DNA of 64,000 bases from Daphnia carinata (Eukaryota): assembly GCF_022539665.2 (NCBI RefSeq), contig NC_081331.1, positions 1,674,001 to 1,738,000 of the forward strand. The letters run 5' to 3'. This document shows, one piece after another, positions 13,501-26,651 of the stretch. Numbering within the stretch: position 1 is the first letter of the stretch; each line of letters starts with the position of its first letter. A model generated the notes under the pieces. That model saw only the letters and a program-made list of their open reading frames with translations. It searched no databases and was not told where the DNA came from. The translations under genes were made by a program, and so were the position numbers.

Positions 13501-16500
13501 CCAAAGGACCTGAGAAGTCGTGCGACATTTGCGACGCGCGCGTTGACTACCTGGCCCATCCCGCCGACTGGTTGACCGACTTTAACAATAACGACAACAT
13601 CACCTGGTGGCAATCTGACACGATGCTCGAGGGCATCCAGTATCCGACCCAAGTCAATCTGACGCTCAATCTACGTAAGTCATTTCAGTTGATCTCAGTA
13701 GATTTCTTTTTAGAGTCATAATTGATTCGCCAAGACCCCCTACCTTACAAACAAGTGACTGTGCTGGTCTGAGCTAATGCGTAATGAGTCGCCGTCACTC
13801 TCTCTCGTTACGCCGATGGTGCGTGTTGTTGCTTGTTTCGTCGGCTAATGACTTTTTGGCGCCTCCTGGTAAGGAACCAGAGAGAAAAGACCGCCGGCTT
13901 CTACGTAGCACTATAAACAAAATGAGAAAATCAACATGAAAAAAAAAGAATTACTGGCGACCTCCAAGAGAGTCCGACACGCCGAATCAAATTTGCATGC
14001 ATATGAAAAGCAAACTCTATGGTTAAACCGAACAAGACAGCTTACATGTATCTCGGCTATCAGCGATGCTCTATTTTACCCTTCCCTGAGTCCTTCCGGC
14101 TTTATCTGGCAGTCATCGAGTCTTGAAATGAGAACGGGCACAAAATTCGATCTTTTTTTTCTTTAACATTCTCAAAGAGGAGAATTCTGTCAAATGAAAA
14201 ACAGTTGAACATTTTTAACGACCCTCTAGCATTGATCCTGTGAGCAAAATAGAGGGCTCCGTTGATATGCAGCAGGTCAGAAGTAATTCGAGATGAAACA
14301 CATGTGGCTCCACTCAAGACTAGTTTCGCTATAGACTCTGATCTTCCTCACTTGTCTTCCCCCCTACATAATTTTAAACATAAAATGTTGAAAGTTTTCT
14401 TCAAGAAGAAATTTTATTTAAATATTCCGCGTCATACACAGTAGCAATTTTCATGGCACTGTGGGTGGGGATGATGGCTATCCTTCTTCACAATTGTATA
14501 GCACAGAACGAAGTTGAATACTGTATTCTGGGCGTCCAGAGTTCACGAATCTGCGAGAAAGTCTGGGGACAATTGAAGATACAGGACACAACAAAAATTT
14601 ATGCCAACCCACACTTTGTATGCGCGACGCTTCGTGCCGAGACGGCGGCGACTCCCGCGGTCGTCGTCTTGTCAACTGACACGAGGAATTTTCGTCCTTT
14701 GTAGCTCGGAGGAGAGAAACAGAAACAAGGAGAGAGAGAGCAATAATTTCTAGCTGCCATCATGTCCGCTTTTTATTCTTTAAAGAACATTTAAAAAAAA
14801 ACAAAATTCACCTTTCTATTCTTTTTTCCAGCGAACAGCAGAAGTGACAAAGGCTTATAGGAAAATATGGGGAAAAAAAAAGAAAAAAACTATTAATTAT
14901 ATACTCGTAACTCTTGGGGGTTGCTGTTTGAGCTGCCGTTGCCGCTCTGAGCTTGATTAGTGTCGAATCACGACCGTGCACGTTAAAGAATGCGCAGGTA
15001 CTCGTTTACATGGCTTCGCGTGTGTCCCTTTCTTCTTTGTTTAGCCCCCATATACATTACCTTTAACCTTTGAGATATTCTTTCATCCTCGTCCTCCCTA
15101 ACCCTTAAAAAAAGAAGAAAGAAGATAACCATTATGATTCCAGTCGACCAGGTGTCTGTCCGTGTGTTCAACACAACCTGATCGTATAACACAGAAATTC
15201 TTTTTCTTTTCCAACTTTAACAAATCCGTTTTTTTTTTCAGAATAGAAATAACTATACAGCCCATAAAATTGCAAAAAGGAGGTCGCACCGTATAATAAT
15301 CTCTTTTGTTCTTATGGGTGGTCAGCCGAATGTCTTTCGCTTGTTCATCTTTTTTCCTCTTTTTGTTTTATTTTTCTTTATGGCTATTTCCATAAAATAA
15401 CTGGGAAATAAAAACTGCTAGACGCATGAATTAAATGTCAGCTCTTAACATTTTTTTTTGAGACAGGAAACCTGCACCGAGTGATGTGATTAGAACGAAA
15501 AGGCATCAAACGATATTCTTTAGCCGCAAGTGAAAAGCTTTTCTGTTTGAGTAGACGGGTTTATTTTGCAATATGTTTAGACATGACTAAATGTTTGTAA
15601 AGAGTTGTGTGCACGCGAAAAAGTAACAAAACAAGACGCTTTAAAGAAATGCAGAGCCTGCGGGAAAAGCAGACGCTTAGAGCCGCCTTAGCACCAGCCC
15701 TCTATATGGGTAGATTTGTTTATTAGTTTAGTCTACGGCCTTCGTCGTATTCTTCTATTAGAAAAATGTTTAGCTTCAAACTTTTCTTCCTTCCTTGTCT
15801 TATCTACTCGTTGCGTCTATCGATGGTCAAGCTCCTTCGGCTTGTTATAGACGGGCCAGGCACCAGCAAGTCGGTCGAGTGCGAGAAACTTTTGACAGCA
15901 GTCGATCTGTTTTGTTGGGAAAAAAAATATAAATTGAAAAGGAGGATCAGAGACAAACGAAAGAAAAAAGAAACTACGTTGGTTTCTACGGAGTATATAA
16001 TCGACTGTTTGTTTGAGATAATGAGACATAGAGAGCAAAGGGAAACGACAAAAATTTATTTTAGATGGGCGGTAATAGCTGGGAGTGATTAGTCTTCCCG
16101 ACAATCATTCACTGATAAAGAGTAGAACTTCCGGTGTCATCTTGTTTCGCCTTAAGCTCTTGCGCATTTCGTTTTTAAACTTTGGCTACAATTTTAAGCA
16201 AATTAAATTACATTTTCACGTTCTTTTTTCGTTTAACAGGAAAAGCTTTCGATATTACGTACATCCGTGTCAAGTTTCAATCTCCGCGCCCAGAGAGTTT
16301 CGCCCTCTACAAGCGGACATCAGAAGATGGTCCTTGGCTACCCTATCAGTTTTACAGGTCGGTCGCTAGATGGCTGTTGACCCTAAGTGACTCCATTTTT
16401 AAAACTCTTCTCATGTTTACAGTGCGACTTGCCGTGATACATACGGTCTGCCCGACAGCAACTTCGTTCGAAGAGATGATGAAAAACGTGCCCTTTGCAC

Positions 16501-19500
16501 GTCTGAATTCTCTGATATTTCGCCTCTTACTGGAGGAAATGTTGCCTTTTCGACATTGGAGGGAAGGCCGTCTGCCTATAACTTTGACGAAAGCAAAGAA
16601 CTTCAGGTATTGGAGACAAGAAACATAAACAAAAATTGATTTTAAAACGTATTGAACGTATGACAGGAATTTGTTACTGCTACTGATATCAGGATTACTC
16701 TGGACCGTTTAAACACCTTTGGTGATGAAGTCTTTGGTGACCCCAAAGTACTCAAATCTTACTTTTACGCCATCTCTGATTTTGCTGTTGGTGGCAGGTA
16801 AGCTGTACTAATATTCATTCTTTTCCTATTCATACTACTTGAGTTGAATAACTGCTGACAGTTGAAATGACTGTGATTTCTCATCGTTATCAAAAGTGCT
16901 TTATTTTCATGTCTGGAAAAAAAGGTGTAATTTTGTGTTCAAAGTTTGAAAAACAAGCATGTGATAACAGTTTATGCACAAAGAAAAGCAGTTGAAAGGC
17001 TAGTAATGAGTATTCTTCATCTTTCTAATGTTTTCTTATTATGCCGACAGGTGCAAGTGCAACGGTCACGCCTCCGAGTGCGTGCCAAGTGCGTCGCAAG
17101 ATGGCAGCTACTTGGTTTGCCGCTGCGAGCACAACACGGCCGGTCGCGACTGCCAAGAATGCCTCCCTTTCTATAATGACCGTCCATGGGCCCGCGCCAC
17201 CGCCGACGATGCCAATGAATGCCTTCGTAAGTCAAACGTGTTCATTTATCTCTCTCCACATTATGCGTCGTCGAAACAGTCTCTGCGTTTAGCATACTGC
17301 TCTACCCCTCGTCTTTAGAAACAGAGCTTCTCATTATACATTCAATAAGGTAAAAAGGGGAATGTGGAGGGGGTAGGGTTGGCCTGACAAAGCCTGTGAT
17401 CAACAGACTGATGATACGTCTTCGTCACCTTTCGATGGAACTGATTCCAAGGGACACAACTCCATGCCCGGAATTGGAAAGACGAACCAAGCCTCTCGAT
17501 AAGAGCCTTCGTTTTATTTATTTTTTAAATTGTTCTCAATAATTTTCGTCGGGAAAAAACTTAAGTTTCACATCATTAATCCATAAGGCGTTGTCTTGTA
17601 TAGGGCGTCTTCATCACAGTCGGTGAAGAAAAAGGGGAAAAACGAGAAAAAGAGGCAAGAAGTTGAAAGATTACCTCAGCGGCTGCCAACGCCCTGACGG
17701 TTTCATACGATTCCTTTTTTTTCTTTTTTGGATGTTATAATCTTAAACTTTTTGTTTTTTGGCTTACCCGTTTCCTTGATATTTGTAGACATCCCCAACT
17801 GTGCACACTGCGCAGCACTGACTTTATCAGGAAAGCTCCCGAAAATTTTCCAGGTAGCCACTGCCGCTGGTTTTATTTGACCCCCCAAAAAGGGTCAACG
17901 TTTTATTGAAACTATGGATTCTTCTTCGGCCTAATTCTTTGTATCCCAAAGGTAGACCGACTCTATAAATCCTTCTTAGCGGCCTCATTAAATTTACTAC
18001 ATGTGATGCTACAGAACAACTGTGGTTTGTTTTCGTCGCAGGATCCGTTACTACTTCGGCGGCATTTAGAAATTATATTTGGGGTATTGCCTTCAAATCC
18101 GACGACGTAATCCAGCCAAATCCGGGTTTCGTTTGTCCCTCCAGTGCTGATTTTATCGTATAGGTGTTAGAAGTCCGGGATCTCTCCGCCGATGCCAAAT
18201 GTTGGTGTATTGATTGGGTAATGTTTTCCTTCAGGTGAATTGGCGGTAATGCTAAAGCAAACTGCGGTTCCGCCTTTTTTCGTCGAAGTTTCTTGAAGAA
18301 GCCATCAACAATTCACCGAGATCTCTTGTTCACTGAATTTGAGGAAGGTTTCTTTTAATGCTAGGTCATCCGTTGTTGACTAACCCTGGGCGGTTGCGTT
18401 TGTTTTGTCGTGCGCAGTCCAATAATCAAGACGCCAACACAACCCGCCGAGTCACGAGACCATCCAGCGGTTAGACTAAGAAATCTAGTTTTTTTTTTCT
18501 TTTGTAGTTTAAAAATTCCTTTTAAAGAAGGTAGCTGTCAAATGAATTGAAATTTCTGCCTTTGACGGAGCGAGAATCTTCCAGTGGGGGTCAAGTCTTC
18601 TTACCTGACGTTGAAGAAAAGCTATTACGTAGCAATTTCCCGGTGCTTTCACTTGGGCGGACGTTGTCCACACCCCGTCCTTTCGGCTGAGAAGACGAAG
18701 GTGGAAGAAAAAGGGGGGTTTTGAAGTCGGGGATTGTTTCTGTTTTTGAATATTTTACACGACTGTTTAATGGCTATCCCCTTACCTTGACGTACGGAGT
18801 ATCGAGGAATGAAAAGGGTCGAAAGATAAGGTTACATTTAAACATCTTCGCGGAGAAGCATTCCTCGTCTTGTTTTTCTTCTTCTGATTTTGATTGATTC
18901 GGACCAATTATCTCAACAACTGGATCGACGGTAGTATCTTTCGGTCTCTTATCCATCTCTCTTTGGAACTCATCAGGACGCTGATGGAATGCTTTCGAGA
19001 TTTCAAACTTTGAATGACTTAGACCACCTGGGGAAAGTGATGAATGGTATCCGGCCCTCCTCTCTCTCCCCCCTCTAAAAAAGAAAGGAAAAAAGAACTC
19101 CTCGTCAACAACAACCCCCCCTCTCTCGTTCTCTAACCTTTTCTCTTTTTTTTCCATTTCTTTTTCTCAAAGCGAAACAAAACGCTTTTAATGAACCGAC
19201 TCGAATGACGCCATTGCAATCTGAACGCGCAATCGCGCAATTCCTTTTCCGTATTTATTTATTTATTTTTTTGTATTCTCTCACTCTGCCCGAACTCGTG
19301 TCGACATTTCGGGCCTTTGTTCAAAATACTCGACAAAACCATGTGTGCACAAGAGCTTTATTCACCTGGTATCCAATGGTTATAAGTGGAAGCGGCCGGT
19401 AAGGTTGTAGCTTCAGTCGCGGACGAGACACCGTACAGAACGCACTTGTGACCTTTCCTCCAAAAGACATTCAAATTGCTTGTTTTTGTTCCTTCGGCCG

Positions 19501-22500
19501 TGAACGTAACTTCGAATGGATCCGTGAACCATTTCTAACGTGAAAATAATTGGCGGCTCATGTTAGCAAACAATAGGAATAAAACTACAAGATTAAAATG
19601 GGTCGGCACTTTTGCTTAATGACCGTAATCTTCTTGTTCGTGAGTTTAGTATTGCAAACAGTTTTAGCGACATCGTGGGATGGCAAAACGCCATGGTTCA
19701 CTGGTTCCTGTAAGCTATTACACTGTCGTTCATTTTTAAAAACGCTATAGCTGTCTAGCTACTTTTTTTTGTTAGTTTTTTGTAGTTAAGCTCTCATCCA
19801 ACGATTTTTTGTTTCAAAACGGGAGGCTGTGTTCTAGGAAAAGGCTCGAAATAAGTTGGCTCGACATGTGAATGGAGTAGTTTGTTTTCGTTTTTTTTTT
19901 TTTAACAAAAAAGAAAAGAGGCTTCCCTTTCTGTGAAGATTTGAAGCGCATCTTTTTCAACTGTTTGCAACGAAAAAAAAACCAATCGCAGTATAGTAAA
20001 GGGCAGCCGTAAAAGCTCGTGTTTTACAGCCGCTTGTACGCTGTGCACTCTGAAGGGAGGACAGGCCCAAGGGCAACTTCAATAACTTTTGAGTTCCAAA
20101 ACGACAATCTTCCCTTTAAAGAATTTCTAATGGAATTTACCAAAAAAAGAAAAAAAAAACAACCCCGAAATATGGGCAAAGACAAAGAGGGACCAACTGC
20201 ATTTTTGTTTAGTTTTTTTTTTTTTTCGTTTTAGTCAAACTTTCTTCTATGGGAACAAACAAAAGAGTCTCTAAGTTGTTTTTCCGTTTTAAAAAGAGAT
20301 GAAAAGTATGCCTTTATTTGATTATACCAACATTCTCGTCGATGGAACAACAGGACATATTCTTCTTTAGAATCGTGCAAGGCGGAGGCAAGCAACACCC
20401 TACTCTCATTACCGATTCCGAATGGTGTATTGTCTCCATAGCGCTCACGCTGGAGGATGTTTCCAACATTTGAATTTTATACGGTTAGGGTGTGCGTTGA
20501 AACGGGCGGGACCCGCCTTAGCACGCCATTTCTGATGGGAATGGTGCGTGTGTTTCTACTAATTACTGTGTACTATACTTCACTCCGTAGCCGTTTTCTT
20601 TTGTTTTTGTTCCCTAGCTCGTACATTTTGTAAGGTTGGTTTAGCCGATGACACCATCCAGGTGTCGACCTTTTGTCCGCCGCTTTTAGAGGAAGCAACG
20701 CAGCGATGATTAACCTTTACTCATTCTTACTCTCCATTTTTTTACGTCTGTTACGCAGCTTGCAATTGTAATGGATTCTCCAGCCGATGTTACTTTGATC
20801 AAGCACTCTTCGACAGCACCGGTCATGGCGGCCATTGTCTTGACTGTACGGCGAATCGCGACGGACCAAATTGTGAACGTTGTCGGGAACAGTTTTACCA
20901 ACGGGAAGATAATTATTGCGTCCCCTGCAATTGCGATGAGACAGGTAATCAATCATCCACACCTAAGTTCATTAGCACACTGTAATCCAATTAAAAAGAT
21001 GACCGGCCTCATCACATCAAGAAACCAACTATAGATAAGAACATGAGATTAATTGCCTTTTTCGTTTCTTGTTTCGTTCATAATTAAGGTTCACGAAGCC
21101 TGCAGTGTAATCGCGAAGGCAAATGTTCGTGCAAACCGGGCGTGACTGGCGACAAGTGCGACCGATGTGAGGAAAACTTTTTCGATTTCGGCCCGCAAGG
21201 TTGCCGGCCTTGTGGTTGCAGCGTGGCCGGCAGCTTGAATGGCCAGCCCCGATGCGATTCCGAAACGGGCAGTTGTTCGTGCAAAGATAACGTGGAAGGC
21301 CAACGCTGTGACCGTGCCAAACCTGGCTACTTCAATTTGGACGCTGAAAATCTTTTCGGTGCCACTCCGTGTTTCTGTTATGGCCATTCATCTGTTTGCA
21401 GATCGGCTACCGGCTATGCCCGCGGGTTGACTGAGAGTGTTTTTGCCCGTTCTGATGAAAAATGGACGGCCTTAGAACAACCTGGAAATCGGCCAATCAC
21501 ATTAGCTTACAATTCGTTGCTGGGCAACATCGGAGTCAGCGCACCCGGCCGTGATGCCGTCGTCTTTTCGGCTCCTGAGCGTTACCTGCATGACCAACGG
21601 ACGAGTTATAATCAACAACTTCACTTCACCTTGCGAACCAACGAAGCTGGAGCCCGTGCTACTATCGACGACGTCCTCCTGGAAGGATCGGGACTGACCA
21701 TTTCTCAACCCATTTTTGGTCAAGGCAATCAATTACCATCCACCCAAAATCAAGTCTACTCCTTTAGACTACACGAACATCCGGATTACGGCTGGAACCC
21801 ACGCCTTTCGTCTCGCGATTTTATCAGCGTCTTGGCCAACTTGACTGCCATTAGAATTCGTGGTACTTACACTCCCCGTGGCTCGGGCTACTTGGATGAC
21901 GTCAAACTGGAAACGGCTCGTCGTGGAGGTAGCGGTGCACCTGCCAACTGGATCGAACGCTGCAATTGCCCAGAAGGTTACGTCGGACAGTTCTGCGAGT
22001 CTTGCGCTCCAGGTTTCCGACACGAACCGGCGAATGGCGGTCCATTTGCTCGCTGTGTTCCCTGCAATTGTAACGGACATGCCGACATTTGTGACGCGGA
22101 AAGCGGGCGCTGCATTTGCCAGCATAACACAGCCGGCGATAATTGCGAGCGTTGCGCCCGCGGTTTCTATGGTAACGCGCTACAAGGATCTCCCAATGAT
22201 TGCCAAGCCTGTCCGTGCCCTAACGGAGGAGCTTGTATTGAATTGGCTGACGAGACTGTCGTCTGTCTGGAATGTCCAGTCGGTTATGCTGGGCCGAGAT
22301 GCGAATTATGTAGCGATGGTTATTTTGGCGATCCAGAGGGCCGCTTCGGCCAGCGTCGACCTTGCCAGCCTTGCGACTGTAACGGAAATGTCGATCCTAA
22401 CGCCGTGGGCAACTGTAACCGAACGTCGGGTGAATGTCTCAAGTGTATTTACAACACGGCCGGTTATCGATGCGACTCTTGCTTGCCCGGCTTCTTTGGC

Positions 22501-25137
22501 GATGCTTTAGCTCTCAACAAAGGCGATTGCCGGACTTGCCAATGTCTCCGTCGTGGTACTTTGCAGCTGCCATCCGGCACGAATCAGTGTGACCAAGTCA
22601 GCGGCCAGTGCGATTGTAAGCCAAACGTTGTGGGCAACAACTGCGACCGTTGCCAGGACGGTTTCTTCGACTTGGAGAGTGGAAACGGATGTCAGACATG
22701 TAACTGCGATCCAGTTGGTTCTCTTAACCGCACCTGTAATGTCCGAAGCGGCCAGTGCTTCTGTCGGCCCGGAGTAGTAGGATTACGATGCGATTCTTGC
22801 GCTCCAAACCAATATGGATTCTCTTACCAAGGATGCAAAGCATGTGAATGCGACACTATCGGATCCCTGTCACTTCAGTGTGACGATCCGGATGGACAAT
22901 GTCGTTGCAGGGATAACGTCGAAGGCCGTCGCTGCGACCGTTGCAAGGAGAACAAGCACGATCGTGAAGCTGGCTGCAAGGACTGCCCACCTTGCTATAA
23001 TTTGGTCCAAGAGGCTGTCGATCAACACCGAGCTAAATTGACAGATCTGGCGTCTCTATTGGAACGCATCATCTCCAATCCCACCGTCATCGCAGATCTT
23101 GATTTCGATCGAAAATTGGCCGAGGTCCAAGATAGAGTCGACCAACTTTGGGTCGACGCCAAGATGCAAAGTGGCGGCGACAAAAGCATTAGCCTCCAAC
23201 TGGAAGAGTTGAAGAACAGATTAAAGGTAAATTACATTTGAAAAAAAAATATTACGTTTTGTGATTTTTCTCACTTGGATTTGTTTTTATGATTTTGCAG
23301 CAAGTTCAGATAATGATCGGTGAAATCGAAATGAGGACACAGAGTTCACGACGTGCCACTGCGGCTGGAATTGGTAATTTAACTGTGGCCGAAGCCGCAG
23401 TCGAACGAGCTCGAGAATCTCTGAAAGCCGCTCAACGCTATTTGGAGACAGAAGGATCTGATGCTCTTCAACGGGCAATCCAGCGTTCAGAAAAATTTGG
23501 CCAGCAAAGTGAGCGCATGTCACAGATCGCCCGTGATGCACGTCAAGCAGCCGACCAGCTTGACGAGGCTGCAGTGTTGATAGAGTCAACAGCTCAGGAG
23601 GCCCTCAACACTTCCAGTAATGCTTATCAGTTGGCTCGAGAAGCCGTCGACCAGCAAAAGAATACGACCGAAGAAATTGGTGGACTTCGTAGGGAGCTGA
23701 CAATTACTGAACAGACACTCGCCAGAACCCAGGCTATGGCTAAAGAGGCTCTCACGAATGCCCAATCGGCTTACACTGAAGCGCTTAGTCTACTGGGCGA
23801 CGCCTACAATTTGGTTGTTCCTAATGTTGAATGGCAATTCATGAAGCGACAAGCTGCTCAACATTCAGACGAAGCGCGCCGTATCAAAGCGGAAGCCGAT
23901 CAGCTTACGGCTGAGAATTCCAACATGTTGGATGAAGTCAGCGACCAAATTATTGGAGCTGGTGACGTGCTGGCCAAAGGAGTTGCACAGCAACAAATTG
24001 CTGATGAACTACTGGCAGATGCCGATGTTGCCTTAGGAAGGTCCCAGGAAGCCGTCTCGTTGGGTGACAAAACTCTTCAAGAGGCTCAAAAAACATTGGA
24101 AACCCTAGAAGGTATCTTTATTGGTTGACACGTTAGGAAACTAGGAGACATTAACGATATTGTGTGGTCGATTTCAATAGGTTTTGATTCGCTGGTTCAG
24201 GAGAGCAAAGAAAAAGCTCGCGATGCGCTGGGTCAAGTTGGCGAAATTAAGAATCTGATTGAACAGGCAGAAGAGAGGACCCGAGAAGCACAAAATGCAC
24301 TGGCTGGCGCAGAGTCCGATGCTAGAGTGGCCCGTGATTCAGCAAACCAGGCACAAGAACATGCAGAACAAGCGTCAAAGGTATATCTATTGATTTTAGA
24401 CTATTTTCCGCAGTTCTCAGAAATTTTGGAGGTGATTTTTTTTTTACAGGACGCTGTATTGATTCGTCAAGGAGCATCAGAAACACGTGATAAAGCCGGT
24501 CAACTCAAAGATACAGCCGAAAGTCTTACATCTAGTGTGGCAGATACGGCTAACCGAATGAGAACTTTGGAAGCCGAGGCTGCCGAAGATCAAGGTCTCG
24601 CCAAAGAGGTAATGTGGCATGAGCAATATCGTTTTCGAAACGTTTCACGTAATTGTGTTGCTACAGGCTTTGGAGAAGGCTAATCAAGCAAAGAGCATTT
24701 CTGCCGATTCGACTGTTAAAGTTCGTGAAGCTATTAGCGCAGTCAATGAAATACTTATTTCGCTTTACAATATGGGAAACATAGGTAATTGTTAATCCTT
24801 CATTTATTTAGTCCGTGGGTAATTGCAATCTTGGATCTTTTAGATACTGCGGCTTTGGATGAGTTGGAGCGCAAGTTGATCTCTGCTGAACGTGATTTTA
24901 CCGAATCTGATATCGAACGGCGCATTGAAGAGATGCGAACAGCCCGAGTCACCCAGGTGAGAATCCGTTGAAACTTAAGCAAAGCTATCTGGAAATAATT
25001 TTTGTCATATCTAGAATCAATGGGTACGAGACTACGAAGAAGAGTTAGCACGCCTTCGACTAGAGGTTGATAACGTAGAGGCCATCAAGGAGGCTCTACC
25101 TGAAGGCTGTTGGAAGAGACTGAAATTGGAACCCTAA
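10518..25137 (+). CDS. LanB2: Laminin subunit gamma-1 (LanB2/LAMC1 orthologue), 14 coding exons
   Basis: Exons 10518-10661, 13398-13674, 16240-16357, 16423-16606, 16667-16797, 17051-17226, 20759-20944, 21089-23226, 23301-24111, 24181-24380, 24450-24608, 24667-24784, 24844-24956 and 25015-25137. Signal peptide; LN domain ([28 protein letters not shown]); LE repeats; L4 domain; nidogen-binding loop [10 protein letters not shown]; coiled coil; gamma-chain C-terminus [13 protein letters not shown]. Confidence 0.96.
18509..20469 (-). CDS. Candidate orphan gene nested antisense in laminin gamma-1 intron 6 (~219 aa if the full model holds)
   Basis: Core exons 19534-19366, 19027-18786, 18686-18605 and 18534-18509 have canonical AG/GT sites (donors GTGAAT, GTAAGG, GTAAGA) and splice into one open frame. 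Tentative upstream exons 20469-20413 (ATG, donor GTAATG) and 19707-19624 (weak donor GTCATT) are also in phase. AATAAA on the minus strand at 17902-17907. No recognisable domain. Confidence 0.45.
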
Positions 25138-26651
25138 ACGACAGATGATTCCATTTGTTGTCAGAATCACAACAAACAATTTTTCCCCGATTTTAAACTA
25201 ATTTTTTAAACCATAAATTTGGCAGAAATCACAACAATTTTTATCCAGGGAAAGATTTACATGGGGACAAAACTATCGCCTAGCTCGTTACGTATATAAA
25301 ATCGACTGGGCACTTAGTCAAACACCATAAAAACCACTATGTTCATGAGTTCAGACATTAGGGAGCTTAAAATGAAAAGTTCACTTTACATTATTTTAGA
25401 ATTTGTTTAGTTTTTCCGATCCCATATCTTTTCACAGTTTCTAATTTGGCGGGACGTTCCCATTTTTTTTCCCTTTCATTTTTTGTTTTTGTTTTTCACA
25501 GCATTACCGTGCTTCCCTCTCCAGAATGCCGTTAATGTCGCAAGTGCCTGTTTGATACAACTATTCGTCATGTGCCAAATGATTCCTCTTCCTTTTATCT
25601 TGCTGCATGATCGACCACAGAAAAGAAAAGTGTGTGTAGCCATTGCCTAGGATTTTCAATCGAAATTCTTGTCTGAGAATTTTTTAACGAATGTAGTTTA
25701 AAATTGCACCGAGGGATTCTCTTTGATGAATGCCAAAGACGGACGTGCTTGTTTCCCACTCGTCATTTTTCTTACAAACATGCCGTTTATTTGTCGACGT
25801 TGAAATGTCTAATGGCCAGCGAAAACGTTGTAATGGACAATGGATCGATAACTCGAAATTTCTTGGAGAAAAAAGAAAAATATTATGTCTTTATTCCAAT
25901 TTTTTTTTCAGGCTCCCTCCCCATTTATGTGTTTCCGTCTCGTACAGAGACAAAACTCCCTTTCTGTAAAATACCTTTTCTGAAAAGCCATGTTTGCACT
26001 CACTGCCGCTGTTTTTTGACTCAATACATGACCATTTAAGTGATCACTTTCGTTTTAACATTATCGTCCCATTTCACATGAGTTCACCAAAGAAAAAATT
26101 GGATAATAGCAAAACTAAATGTTCTAATTTTTTGCGATCAAGTGAATCAACAGAAAAATAATTATTTCTGGAATATTATTTGGATGGAATGGAAAAAAAA
26201 TGCAACCCTGGGTTTACTCCAAAATTTTCGTCTGCGAATCATGGAATTTGTAAACAATGTTTGACACGTGGGAAAAAGTGGAGATACCTACTGTTTGCAG
26301 GTAGACACAATCGTAGCTCGTCATTTGGCACAGGACGCCGCAGCTGGCCAGGTAACCCAATTCCTGCTAAACGCTTTAAAAATATTCCTTTAGAAATTAA
26401 CTTTTAAAAAACTGTTGCAGTAGAAATAACAAGTAAAGAAGTACGTCAGTTGTGCTTGCCTAATGACGTATTTCCTTTAGTACTATCTAGCTGACAGTGT
26501 GCAATTGGTCATGCACAGGATCTTGGCCTTTGCTGCTTATCAATAAACGATGTATCGTAACGATACAACGCCTGTCAACTGAACTATATTTTGCTCAAAC
26601 TGATGTGAGTTGTCCTAGGGTCAAGTACTATACTAGCCTGTAGTTGTTGCC

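Noticed and set aside
14453..14704. 83-aa plus-strand ORF with a hydrophobic start in laminin intron 2
   Set aside because: No domain, splice or promoter support, and the length is expected by chance.
21084..23589. Multiple overlapping antisense and alternate-frame ORFs (e.g. 21860-22510, 21769-22125)
   Set aside because: Shadow ORFs of the GC-rich laminin exons.
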